From Mustelus asterias (taxonomy: Eukaryota), in the NCBI RefSeq assembly GCF_964213995.1, contig NW_027592553.1, positions 443-42,758 of the forward strand: a stretch of DNA of 42,316 nucleotides, in the 5' to 3' direction. Below the pieces are notes generated by a model that saw only the letters and a list, made by a program, of their open reading frames with translations, was not told the origin of the DNA and did not search any database. Positions 11,101-22,194 of this stretch are shown piece by piece (within the stretch, counting starts at the first letter, position 1; the number at the start of each line of letters is the position of its first letter). The position numbers were made by a program, and so were the translations under genes.

Positions 11101-11552
11101 TACTGATCGTCAGCTCGCTAGTCTTGTTCTTTTTATCAAATTTGGAAGAAAACCGATCATTGAGGTCGGGATTCTTTTGCACAATCTCTCCAATAAGCTG
11201 AAACATGTACACTGGAGCTTTCTCGGGCTGCTGACTGTACCAGGACACATAAGGGTTGGAATCGCTTGTTTTCAAAGCGCAGGTTAGTGTGACATCATTT
11301 TCCTCTTTAACCTTTATTCCAGGATCCAATTGTTCCACTTCGTCTTGGTGGCTCCTTTCTAACAGAAACAACAGCAATATGACAATCAGAGTTAGCCTCA
11401 GATTAAACGATACAATTATCATCATCACTATTGTTTTATCAACAAGAATATCTGGGTTACAGCAGTCAGGAGGAGCATGTAGTTTTACTGGGAAGAAAAT
11501 ACTTACTGAGAAGTGAGAGAATGATGAGGATCGGAGTGAGATAGTTCACCAT
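11094..11552 (-). pseudogene. TCR alpha/delta V segment (family A), truncated in FR3, no RSS
   Basis: Leader exon 11552-11507 (MVNYLTPILIILSLL, GTAAGT donor); V exon from 11358 (DEVEQ...LTC...WYSQQP...DRFS...LTISN) runs into microsatellite before DSAVYFC. Paralog of 40373-40877. Confidence 0.85.
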
Positions 11553-12776
11553 GATGCTTCCTGAGTCTGTAACTCTGCAATGAGAGAAATCCTGTCAGAG
11601 ACAGAAAGACACTGTTCCACTGCCCTGCTGATCCAACCAATGATAGGAATGGAGCAGCGGCAGCAATCCGTCCAATCACGAGAGCAGAACACGGAAGTCG
11701 TGGGCGGGGATGCAGTAGACAAAATATTGAGTGAAGTGTGCGGCAACTTCAGCTGCACCCGGAACAGAAATAGCGAGACTTCCATCTCCGGAATCTGTCA
11801 CCATTCTGCACCTGCTCACTGTCCAAGTGACTGAGAAGAAATAGAGAGGGAGGGGCATTACGGGGCCAGGGACATGAACAAAATAGAAACATCGCGTATC
11901 AATGCAGGAGATGTGGCCACTCGGCCCATGGTATCTTGGCCTAACAGATTTCAGAGTTGACAGATTTCTTCAATTCATCTTTCAAACCTCGAATCTCTCA
12001 CAGTCACGGACATTTTTCTGCTTTCAACTTATCTCTCATTTCCTTCTAAAACTTACTATTATCTCTTCTTCCGCCATCTCTTTCAACACCGCAGGGCCTA
12101 GATAAGAGTCGGTGCAGACTTGATGGGCCGAATGGCCTCCTTTTGCACTGTAGGGATCCGATGACCACCTTCCAAGAGCAACAAATCGGAGAGTAATCAA
12201 TTAATCTAATCTTTCCATTGCACTCTCCCCTCCTGAAGTAGACGTTTGTGTTTTCCAAAGTTCTGCCGGCGGAAACACTTTCCCGGAGTTGACCTGAACA
12301 TCAAACCTTGGTTTTAAAGGAATAAACAATTTATGGGAAGCAGAAAAGGAAGCTTAACTGGTAGATAGATTCTACTGGGAGACCTGTATTAGCAAAACCT
12401 TCCTTATATTTGTTTCAAAACAGAGCTTTTTCTCATAAGCCTTGGCTGTGGATCCCGGTGTTGCTTGTACCACTGGCCCACATGAAGGCAGGACCTCCCT
12501 GCTTCTGATTAGATCTTAATTCCGCAACCTCAGAGCTGGATATTCACATCAGCTCCGGGAGAGATGTTTCAGATCAGCTGTTAATTCCCATCAACTCAGG
12601 GCTGAATATTCAGATCAGCTCCAGGAGAGATGTCTCTGACCCTCAGACCAGACCCACTGGCGTCACTCGCAGTTCACAGTGACGTCACATGGGCTACAGG
12701 GTGACGTCACACATTCTGACGCCACACATATCCGCATTCCGACGTCACAATACACGATGTTCTGACGTCTGACGTT

Positions 12777-13100
12777 GGGCGTCACGGTGCCACAGTGGTT
12801 AGCACAGCTGCCTCACAGCGCCCCCGGTTCGATTCCAGCCTCGGGTCACTGTCTGTCTGGAGTTTGGATGTTCTCCCCGTGTCTGCGTGGGTTTCCTCCG
12901 GGTGCTCCGGTTTCCTCCCACAGTCCAAAGATGTGCGGGTTAGGTTGACTGGCCGTGTTGAATTGCCCCCTCGTGTCAGGGGGATTCGCGGGGTAAAGAT
13001 GTGAGGTTAAAGGGAGAGGGTCTGGGTGGGGCTGTGGTCGGTGCGGGTTCAATGGGCCGAATGGTCTCCTTCTGCACTGTCGGCATTCTATGATTCTATG
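12777..13100 (+). mobile_element. HE1-like tRNA-derived SINE, full length
   Basis: A-box CACAGTGGTTAGCAC, B-box GGTTCGATTCC, core GTGGGTTTCCTCCGGGTGCTCCGGTTTCCTCCCACAGTCCAAAGATGTGCGGGTTAGG, CTATGATT tail. Confidence 0.9.
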
Positions 13101-13122
13101 AGGTTCCAATGACGCGGATGCT

Positions 13123-13260
13123 CTGACGTCAGAATGCCGGATGTTCTGACGTCAGAATGCCGGATGTTCTGACGTCAGAATGCCGGATGTTCTGACGTCA
13201 GAATGCCGGATGTTCTGACGTCAGAATGGCGGATGTTCTGACGTCACAATACCGGATGCT
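13123..13260 (+). promoter_or_regulatory. 23-bp minisatellite carrying six tandem CRE palindromes in V promoter
   Basis: Unit CTGACGTCAGAATGCCGGATGTT; TGACGTCA at 13124, 13147, 13170, 13193, 13216, 13239; about 230 bp upstream of ATG 13475. Confidence 0.8.
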
Positions 13261-13474
13261 CTGCCGCATGCGCACTCTCCTCCCCCGCACTATCAATGCT
13301 GAAGCTCCCTCACTGATTCACTTTGTGATCACAAGTCCCAGCGACCCGGCTCTCACCGCCACTCTGTGACTGGTTTGGGGCTCGGTTTGATATCCAATAG
13401 CATTGCTTTCCCAGGAGCTTCTCTCAGCCTGGGATCTGCTGACAGCTGTTTCTCACAAGCCGATAGGATCCAAC

Positions 13475-13977
13475 ATGTTCCTGAGCTTCACTTTGGTGAT
13501 TATTTTCCTGGATTTCTTACTGTTCCCTCAGTGTAAGTGTGGTCACTATTTCTGACAGCAATATTTCACACCTCAGCAATGTTATGTTCTGTTAAATTGT
13601 ACTCAGCTTTATTGTATTATCTCGAATTGTGAATACAATGGTACTTTATTGTGCTACATTATAGTACGATATGTTCTTACTGCAAATGTACATATTCTTC
13701 CCAGATGCCGCTGGCAGTGAAGAGCTATCACAGTCTCCGGAGTCAGTGGTTGTTACCGAGGGAGCCACTGCATCGTTGAACTGTTCAGCCACAGTAACTG
13801 GACAGCTCCTTCAATGGTACAGACAAAATCCAGACAGAACCGTGCAGCACCTGGTGAGCGGTACCAGCGATCAGGGCAGGATCACGGCTCGGTACAGTTT
13901 CTCAGAGAACCACAGCGTTCTGAATGTTAGTGAAGCTCGGCTGACAGACACCGCCACCTATTTCTGTGCGATGCAGG
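13475..13977 (+). CDS. TCR alpha/delta V segment (family B), intact; leader 13475-13532, V exon 13705-13977
   Basis: MFLSFTLVIIFLDFLLFPQ|YAAGSEELSQSP...LNC...WYRQ...DTATYFCAMQ; GT/AG phase-1 intron. Confidence 0.93.
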
Positions 13978-14016
13978 CACAGTGTAGCAAAGACCGTACA
14001 GGGCCGTACAAAAACC
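13978..14016 (+). promoter_or_regulatory. 23-RSS (consensus)
   Basis: CACAGTG + 23 + ACAAAAACC. Confidence 0.97.
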
Positions 14017-15672
14017 TGCCGCGATCATCCAGAAATTGGAGCCTGTGCAGAGAGCTGGACTTTTAATCACTCTCTCCCTTGGATACGCGCCACAGTCACC
14101 CGATCAGTGAGACCTGTTGCCGATTTGGGTTTACTCTTTAAAATCAAAAAAGAACGGATAAAATACATTTAAATTGGGTTATTTTCTGTGGAAATGTCAT
14201 CCGGGCAGCGCATGTTCCATGGTGCTTCCAAATTGGAATAATCGTGGTATTCCGTGAGTCAATATTAAAAGGATCCTTGTCTATTTCCTGTGATAAATCC
14301 CATTCCAGTCTGTGACACATTCTAAGTTCGGCTGCAGGGACGAGTGACAGACATTGAGTTTCCCAGACTCCATCGGAGTTGAAAGCTCTGGAAGACCAGT
14401 CAGGAGTGCTAAGGGACAGTCACTCCATATCTGAAAGCTTTCTGTGCCTATCTAGACAGAGCAGTATTCCGGGTAAGTTATGGGATATTTAATGAAGTGG
14501 TAGAGGGCCAGACATTGAGAGAGGTCCCAAGGTCTCTCAGACCGGTTCGCTGTTCATTTGAACGAACAAAGGCAGCAATGAACCTGTTCGATAAATAAAC
14601 GACCAAGTCATCCCATTTTCACAGAAAAGTGGACAGGGATCGATAAATGTTATTCATTGCATTGATATTTGTTACCATCTGGAGTAGAGCGCCGCAAACT
14701 ATAAAGGAAGAGCATTCAATAGTAAATTTCAAAAAGGCATTGTCAGACCTTGAGAACGGAAAATAACACGTGGAATGGGGGGTGAGAAGAGCAATTGGGA
14801 AAGGTCTTTCATTGAGCCACAGGGAGAGTGAATTGTTTCTGATCCATTCGCGCCCGTCCGTCACTATTTTTTCTCAGTCACTTGAGCAGTGAGCAGATGC
14901 AGGTTGTCACAGACTGCTGCAGGTTTCAGCTGTCGCTGTTTCCTCTCCATCACCTGCGACTGCCGCTGAGAACTCCGCACTTCCATCAGCTTTGAGTCTG
15001 CGGTGACCCCGGCCGCAGCTTCCGGTTGCTGCTATTCATTCCAACACCATTGTGCTTTTCTAGACATTGCTGCCGCTGGTCGATTTCTGTCATTGGTTAG
15101 ATCAGAAGTTCAGTGCTTCAGTCTATTCATTAGTGTAGCAAGTAAGCTTATATTAACACTGCAGTGAAGTTACTGTGGAAATCCCCTCGTCGCCACACTC
15201 CGGCGCCTGTTCGGGTACACTGAGGGAGAGTTTAGCATGGCTGATTAGCGACTGATTCAGGAAGTGGTGCGTGGTACTGTCGGATAATACAGCCTTTTTA
15301 ACGAGGTGAGTCTGTGTTGAAATTATTATTGAGCAATCCAAGTATTCATAACTACAGCAGACTTTGACATGTCCAATGTTTGGTTCTAGGAATTGCTGGC
15401 GCAATCTCAGTTAACGGCCCTGGAAGATGATATAACAGTAATTTTTGGCTACATGATCTCTACATCTGAGAGCTTTCATTACCGCTGCTCTGAAGTAGAT
15501 TTGGAGGTTAACTGCATGCATTGCGCCATAAAGATATGTCTCATCATTTCGCAATCTGTTCCTCTGGTGACCAAGACAAGATGTAGAGATGCCGGCGTTG
15601 GACTGGGGTAAACACAGTGAGAAGTCTTACAACACCAGGTTAAAGTCCAACAGGTTTATTTGGTAGCAAAAA

Positions 15673-15709
15673 CCACGAGCTTTCGGAGCGCTGCCCCTTC
15701 GTCAGGTGG
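15673..15709 (-). ncRNA. minimal type I hammerhead ribozyme-like motif (copy 2)
   Basis: CCAC-CUGACGAA-GGGGC agc GCUCC-GAAAGCUC-GUGG with perfect 4-bp stem I. Confidence 0.65.
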
Positions 15710-16914
15710 GTGGGAGTTCTGATCACAAACAGTGCACAAAGACACAAACTCAATTTACATGAATAATGATTGGAATGTGAGTCTTTACAACTAATCAAGT
15801 CTTAAAGGTACAGACAATGTGAGTGGAGGGAGCCTTAAGCACAGGTTAAACAGATGTGTATTGTCTCCAGACAGGACAGCTAGTGAGATTTTGCACAGGT
15901 TTTGCCACACTCTCTGACAGAGATTTTGCATCGAGAGATAGAGGGAGAATGTGTGCGTGTGTCCCTGTGTGTGAGAGAGTTCAAAGTAACCTTCAAATAC
16001 CTGGACTCCGCAATCTCTTTACTCCTGGATCAGTGTGGCAACCCTGTCTGACAGAGAATTAAACATTCCCACTGTTTTCTGTGTTAATAAAGTTTCTAAC
16101 ATCACCACAGCGCGACACTGGACATGAGCTTCCTTGGGTTAGAAAGCGCTTTCGGACATCGGAAGTCTGTAAAAGGCATCAATAAAAATCTTTCTTTCTG
16201 TTTTCGACTGAAATTTCTTTCTGGAGATTAAATTCATTGTCCTCATGTTTCCACGGCCAGAAAAGTTTATTTTTAATTTCATTTTTAAAATTTAAATCCG
16301 TTTCTTTCCCGGATTGGGTTAATGAGTGGTCACCACCTCCTAGGATTTCCCGGATTCTGTCTCCAGTCGGTTCAGAGATTCTTTCCGCTCCAGAGGACAC
16401 AGGCAGTCTGGCAGGAATAAGAATCCGGGAACTTACCGAGGAGACAGTGCCGTGCTCAGGGAACGCTGCACCGTCAGAGCGGCCAGCCACTCGGTGACCT
16501 GTTCAATCGGGGGCACCGTGTTCCCTCTCAGCTGGAGGTGAGACATCACATGGTCACACTTTCCAAGAAGAGCAGAGAAATGTCCTGTTTGATATCTGTT
16601 CACCAATCACAATGACTGAAACAGACAGAACACTACAATATTACTGAATGAAATGTCACACTGAGTCCAAATTGGCTGCTGTGTTTTCCACAGTGACAGG
16701 GAAACACTTTGGGACATCAAACTGTACAAATAGTCAAATGTTCATTCTCTAAGTTGCCCTCATTGTTTTAGTTTGGTAATATATTTATAAATAATACATA
16801 TATATATATTAGAATTAAAAGTTTGAGATACCAGCACAATTTCAGGTTCCACATCAGACTCACTCTGATCACAATGTTTTCCTAATGCTCTGTTATGTTG
16901 AGCGAGGCTCTGGC

Positions 16915-16953
16915 AGTTTTTGTACAGGTTCAGCCCAGCTCTGTGTCTCTGTG
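16915..16953 (-). promoter_or_regulatory. 23-RSS (CACAGAG heptamer)
   Basis: CACAGAG + 23 + ACAAAAACT. Confidence 0.93.
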
Positions 16954-17837
16954 GGTCTCAGTGCGCAGTAATACACCCCGGAGTCTGCCAGCTCTGTTTC
17001 AGACACTTTCAGAGGGACTGTGCGGGTTGTATCATCGAGTTCCGCTGAAAAACGGTCCCCTTTGGATCTCCCTGTGTTCCCGGTGTATTTATTTGTGTGC
17101 AGGAGATACACCATGGATCCGCTGGGATACTGACGGTACCAGAATAGATAAGGGCTGTTGTTTGTAGTTGTGTAATTACAGAGCAACCTAACATCATCTC
17201 CTTCAGTGACGGTGACTGCAGCCGCTGTCTGTGAAACAGAATCTCCTCGGGAATGTCCTGGAAGAATCCAAAGAAATATTAAATTAAACATTGTGACTTC
17301 ACTCCGTTTCCCCCAGAATTCGCCCGTTATCGGCAAAAATAATCTGAGAGAGAAATCAGAGAGCAAAACAGAAACATATTTCTCACAGTTCAGTGGCTGG
17401 ATTGGGAAGTTTTTGTGGCGATTAAATAAAACTTCCACCATAAACATTCTGCTCTTTCTAACGAGATCAGTTCCTCGACTTCAGTCCCTGTAACTGGAAA
17501 CTGCTCACGGTCTGTTTGAAGTGTGATGTTTGCCAAAGTGATTCACTGGCAGAGGAGCTGGAATCTGAGCCCAACTCATTCTCTATCAATCCCTGGGGGA
17601 AATGTGCCCAATCCCAACAGTGTTCAGTGATGAGACCAGAGAGATCCAAATAACTTTTCCATGTTTAGATCAATCCGTTCCCTCATCACCGACCCCCTCC
17701 CTCTCGCATTGAAGGAACTGCCTGACAGAATATAGTGTGTGGTAATGATGTGTAACACAGACTTGAGCAACTTGTGTGAAATTACCGGTTAACAGAGCTG
17801 CCGCTGTGAGGAATAAATACCGAGTAACAGGAGACAT
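16954..17837 (-). CDS. TCR delta/alpha V segment (family C), intact; leader 17837-17786, V exon 17257-16954
   Basis: MSPVTRYLFLTAAALLT|GHSRGDSVSQ...LLCNY...LFWYRQYP...DSGVYYCALRP. Confidence 0.93.
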
Positions 17838-18655
17838 GTTTGCAGAGAGCTCGGGGCGGATCTGACCAGAGCGGGTGGGAGATGTCATTGTTTCAGTCAA
17901 GAGTTGAAAGAGGCGGAGTCAAATCCGGGCCCCTGTGGATTGGTTCACTGCTGAAAACATCATCAGATGACATCCAATCGGATTCAAGCTCCTTTGTTCT
18001 TCAGTTCAACCAATGATCTCACAGCTCCTTTATCTCCAATTCCCCCCATAGGCGGAGAGACGGAAGGAACAAAGTGAAGTTGGTCATCCCACGACAGGGG
18101 ATTATTTTCCTCTTCAACAATTATTTCATGAACCGACCGGTCCCTTGAGTGTTGATGGGTCTGTTCTGACATGGAGAATGACAATGTTCATCCCTACAGC
18201 AACATGTCAAGCAGTTTGTTATCAATCATGTTTGGGATAGCAACTATGGTGCGGGGGAGGATGAATTTTTAGTTGAAACTTGTACTTCACAAGTGATAGA
18301 ATAATGAATAGTCTGTGACCCACTCACCGTCTTTCCATTTGTTTATCTTCATTTCGTGTTTTTCCATGCTGTATACCAATATCTTAATGTGGAGATGCCG
18401 GCGTTGGACTGGGGTGGGCACAGTAAGAAGTCTCACAACACCAGGTTAAAGTCCAACAGGTTTATTTGGTAGCAAATACCATAAGCTTACGAAAGCTGCG
18501 TGTCTTCGGGACTGAAGTTTCTGTTGAACACTTTCCGATAATATGTTCCACCGCGATTTCATTTATGCATTTCATTCAAATTTTAGATTGCGCATGCGGT
18601 GGAGAAGCTTCTTTCATGAGTCCACCTCCTCCAGGTAAAGACTATCCTTTTCCAG

Positions 18656-18736
18656 AGATGGGTCATGGAGATTCTGTCACTCAGCCGGTGTCCTCAGCTG
18701 TCACGACAGAAAGAGAAGCGGTGACTTTAAAATGTA
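18656..18736 (+). pseudogene. TCR V 5' remnant (MGHGDSVTQPVSSAVTTEREAVTLKC)
   Basis: FR1 up to first Cys after a TTTTCCAG acceptor; related to the pseudogene at 27974-28431. Confidence 0.8.
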
Positions 18737-19113
18737 TCTCTCATCCCACATTTCACTCTCTCAAAAGGGCAACATTCTGAACACACCCTTTGTGTCGTTT
18801 TTGCAACTCTTGGTTTGTAAGCGACGTAAACCAAATTATTCTGCTAATCCTTGGCACGATTCTGTTTGATAAACTGAGCACTTACTCGAAAGTCTTCGCG
18901 CTCTCTCAACTTCATCGTACTCAGGGCTTGAACAGGGAACTCCAGCAATGATTTCTGCAAATTTAGCCTTATTTTCACAAATAGATACCAACGGTAACAA
19001 AGACAGTTTGTAAGGAGCTCCATCTTAGATTTCTGGGCTGCATTTGTTTCTTGGTATGTAATGTCTTAAACTCTGAATCCACTCAACTGCCAAATTCCAT
19101 AAAGAAAAATCCG

Positions 19114-19127
19114 CCAGCAGAGGGCGC
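19114..19127 (+). promoter_or_regulatory. CTCF-like motif upstream of V family D
   Basis: CCAGCAGAGGGCGC fits CCASYAGRKGGCRS. Confidence 0.65.
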
Positions 19128-19378
19128 CACATTCTAGCCTGGGCGTCAAAACTCATGTGATATTGTCACTCAAGCCTATATGGATGGAAGGCAGGTGATG
19201 TCGCAATAGCCAACCCTCCACCTCCCCCTACCCCCCGCCACACACACGCACACATACGCAGACACACACACACACATGCACACTCACTGCAATCAGCTGA
19301 ACAGAGCCCGCGTTCTCTCCCTCCTTCTCAATCTCTGACTCATTCCATTCCCATTCACTGAGAGAGATTCAGCCAGTC

Positions 19379-19868
19379 ATGTTTCTGATCATACTGGCGG
19401 CGCTCTTGCACAGTAAGTACTGGATAATGTTTATCAAGCCTGATAAACATATCAATACACGTAGATGGCAACTTAATTAACGACCCCCAAATATACATAT
19501 GGGAGACTGCAGAAACGGTTGCAGATACAAACAAATTTACATTAACTCTTATATTTTATTCCTCACCCTTTGCAGGTGGACTGTGCGCAGATCCAGTAAC
19601 TCAGTCACCGGTGACAATAACCGTATCAGCGGAGGATTCGGTGCAGTTAGATTGTAAATATGCAGACAAGGGTATGTACTACATGCAATGGTATCAGCAG
19701 AAACCGACAGAGCCACCGAGATGGATTATTGCCAAAGTCTTAGCACTGGAGGAAGATGAAGTTTCAGGAAGATATCTGGCACATGCTGACGAATCTAAGC
19801 AGAATGGTTACCTCAATATAAGCGCCCTCAGTGTGGAGGACGGGGCGGTCTATTACTGTGCAGTGAGG
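19379..19868 (+). CDS. TCR alpha/delta V segment (family D), intact; leader 19379-19412, V exon 19576-19868
   Basis: MFLIILAALLH|SGLCADPVTQSP...LDCKY...WYQQKP...EDGAVYYCAVR. Confidence 0.93.
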
Positions 19869-19907
19869 CACAGCGTTAGATTTCAGCTAAAGCCCCGTAC
19901 AAAAAGC
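19869..19907 (+). promoter_or_regulatory. 23-RSS
   Basis: CACAGCG + 23 + ACAAAAAGC. Confidence 0.92.
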
Positions 19908-20494
19908 TCAGCGAGTATTTACAGGTCCGCTAATGCGCGAATGGTTTGATCCCAGGTTGACGTACGCAGTCAGGTCTATTACCAGACAGAATGTTTGGTC
20001 CTGGGTGGGACAGGCTGTACAGGCTCGATGTGCCGAATGCCCTCCCCTTGCACTCTGGGGTTTCTATGATTCTACGTTCAGACCAGCAGAGAAGCTGTTT
20101 GCGAAATCTAGAGACTCATCTTTATGCTGCGATTTGTACAGTAAACACAAACCAGGAACACCGAGCTATCAGCAGAAAGAAGAACGTACAACTGGAGAAA
20201 ATTACAGGCTGTTCTTCCAGAATGTTTAACTTAGGTCAGCTCAAGGGCACTGACTCCTCCACACTCGCTCCTGTAAGGAAATTCATAATGGATCAAAGTC
20301 TGCTGTAGTGTTGTCCAAAAGGTATGTAGAATAACCGCCACAGAGACTCTCCCAGCAACACGACTATTATTATCAATCCGGGACACAGAAACTCACCAGG
20401 CAACTGGAAAATAGTCGATTCTCACAGCTGCAATCGGTATATTGTGCTGTCTTCTTGAAGAGCTCTGGTCTCCGGCACTTTGTTGTTCGTGAAG

Positions 20495-21060
20495 GAGTTC
20501 TAGCGTTTTAGGATCCAGTGACAGCGATGAGACGGTGACATATTCCCAAGTCAGGATGGTTATTGTCTTGGAGGGGATCTTCTAGTTGGTGGTGTCCCCA
20601 GATACCTGCTGCCCTCGTCCTTCTAGATGGTGGTGATCGTGGGTTTGGAAGGTGCTGTCTTAGGAAACTTGGCGAGTCGCTGCTGTGTATCTTGTAGATG
20701 CTGTTCACAGCTGCAGTTGTTCGTCGGTGGTGGAGGGAATGAATATTTATGGATGGGGTAGCAATCAAGCGAGCTGCGTTTTCCTGCATGGTGTCGAGCT
20801 TCTTGGGTGTTGTTGGAGCTGCGCGGATCCAGGAAGTGGAGAGTAATCCACTCCAAGCATGACCTGTGCCGAGTAAATTTGTGCAGGTTTTGGTGGGTCA
20901 GGAGATGAGTTATACCCCGCAGGATGCCGAGCCTTTGACCTGCTCTCGTAGCCACAACAGTTATATCCGAAGGATATTGATAGTGAGGGAGTTAGTGTTG
21001 GTAATGCCATTGAATGTCAAGGGGCAATGGTTAAATCCTCTCATTTGAAGATGGTTACTG
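20495..21060 (-). mobile_element. old non-LTR retrotransposon (CR1/L2-group) RT C-terminal fragment, frameshifted
   Basis: Minus-strand peptides AGQRLGILR..HLLT and AARLI...IHSLHHRRT.AAV..IYK spread over shifting frames. Confidence 0.6.
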
Positions 21061-21064
21061 CATG

Positions 21065-21387
21065 GGGCGACACGGTGGCGCAGTGGTTCGCACTGCTGCC
21101 TCACAGCGCCAGGGACCCGGGTTCAATTCCGGTCTCGGGTCGCAGTCTGTGTGGAGTTTGCACGTTCTCCCCTGTCTGTGTGGGTTTCCTTTGGCTGCTC
21201 CGGTTCCCTCTCATAGTATAAAAGTGTGCGGGTTAGGGTGATTGGCCGTGCTAAATTGCCCGTACGTATCAGGCGGTTTAGCACGATAAATATGTGGGGA
21301 GATGGAAGTAGGGCCTTTGTGGGCTTGTTGTCGGTGCCGACTCGATGGGCCAAATGGCCTCCATCTGCGCTGCAGGATTCGATGAAC
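21065..21387 (+). mobile_element. HE1-like SINE, possible 5-bp TSD GCATG
   Basis: A/B boxes and conserved core; GCATG at 21060-21064 and 21388-21392; absent from the paralogous block near 30560. Confidence 0.85.
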
Positions 21388-21738
21388 GCATGTGGCGTGA
21401 ATGTTGCTTGTCAGGCCAAGCCTGAATATTTTCCAGATTTTGCTGTATTTGGACACAGACCAATTATCTGATTTGAAACAATAGATTTTCAGCATAAAAT
21501 TAACAACAATGCGGAAGATTTCCTCAACATAAAGCCCACACTCACTGAGTGACTGTTTCCTTCATCGGATAAGTTATGCTCTGACTGTCAATAAATCTGA
21601 GCAAAGCCGCTGGCAGATATTGGGGAATTACAAAGCCCCGGGCGACCCCGCTCGCATGCTCCATTTCCTGCTCTCTGACATATCTTGCCTGCAGTCTGCT
21701 GTTTGTTTGATCGTTGCAGCAAATGTACACAGGCATGA

Positions 21739-21777
21739 GGTTTTTGTACGGTGACTCCCGTCTTTCCTCTCAGTGTG
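21739..21777 (-). promoter_or_regulatory. 23-RSS (CACACTG heptamer)
   Basis: CACACTG + 23 + ACAAAAACC. Confidence 0.92.
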
Positions 21778-22194
21778 GGCTCTATCGCACAGTAATACAG
21801 AGCGGTATCCGCGCTCCCACTGTTTTCAATAATCAACTGGCCCCATTTGCTCACAGTGGAAAGTTCCAATTCGAATCGCTCCTTTCTCTCTTTGCCATCC
21901 GAGAATCCGCTTATTATCCACTTCAGACCCTGACCGGGTTTTTGCCTGTACCAATCCATTCTGTAAAAGCTGGAAATGTCATAACTGCAGTTTATCTGCA
22001 CCGAATCCCCGCTCTGGACTGTTCTCGCTGTGGGAGTTTGTGAAACTTGGTCCGAGCGACACCGATCTGTAAAAACATTCAGACAATGAGGCACTGGAAC
22101 AAAATGAATATCAGTAAACAGTCTCTATAGGTTACAGAGTAAATTTCCTGCGCTTACAAATTGGTAGAACCATAATGACAAGGCACAGATACAT
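21778..22194 (-). CDS. TCR alpha/delta V segment (family E), intact; leader 22194-22158, V exon 22066-21778
   Basis: MYLCLVIMVLPI|YRCRSDQVSQTP...INCSY...WYRQKP...ADTALYYCAIE. Confidence 0.92.

Larger units (their letters stand above)
15470..16996 (-). repeat. inverted duplication partner of 4717-6245
   Basis: Reverse-complement near-identity. Confidence 0.95.
18316..19729 (+). repeat. inverted segmental duplication, 1414 bp, partner 38187-39600
   Basis: Near-identical reverse complement; ORFs 18466-18780(+) and 39136-39450(-) differ at 3 residues. Confidence 0.96.

Noticed and set aside
10073-11428. 451-aa ORF as a novel V-mucin/His-rich receptor
   Set aside because: Composite of intron read-through, a truncated V exon, microsatellite and an N gap.
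12790-12796. CACAGTG in SINE heads (also about 27519 and 25951) as RSSs
   Set aside because: Part of the tRNA-derived A-box region; no nonamer at 12 or 23 bp.
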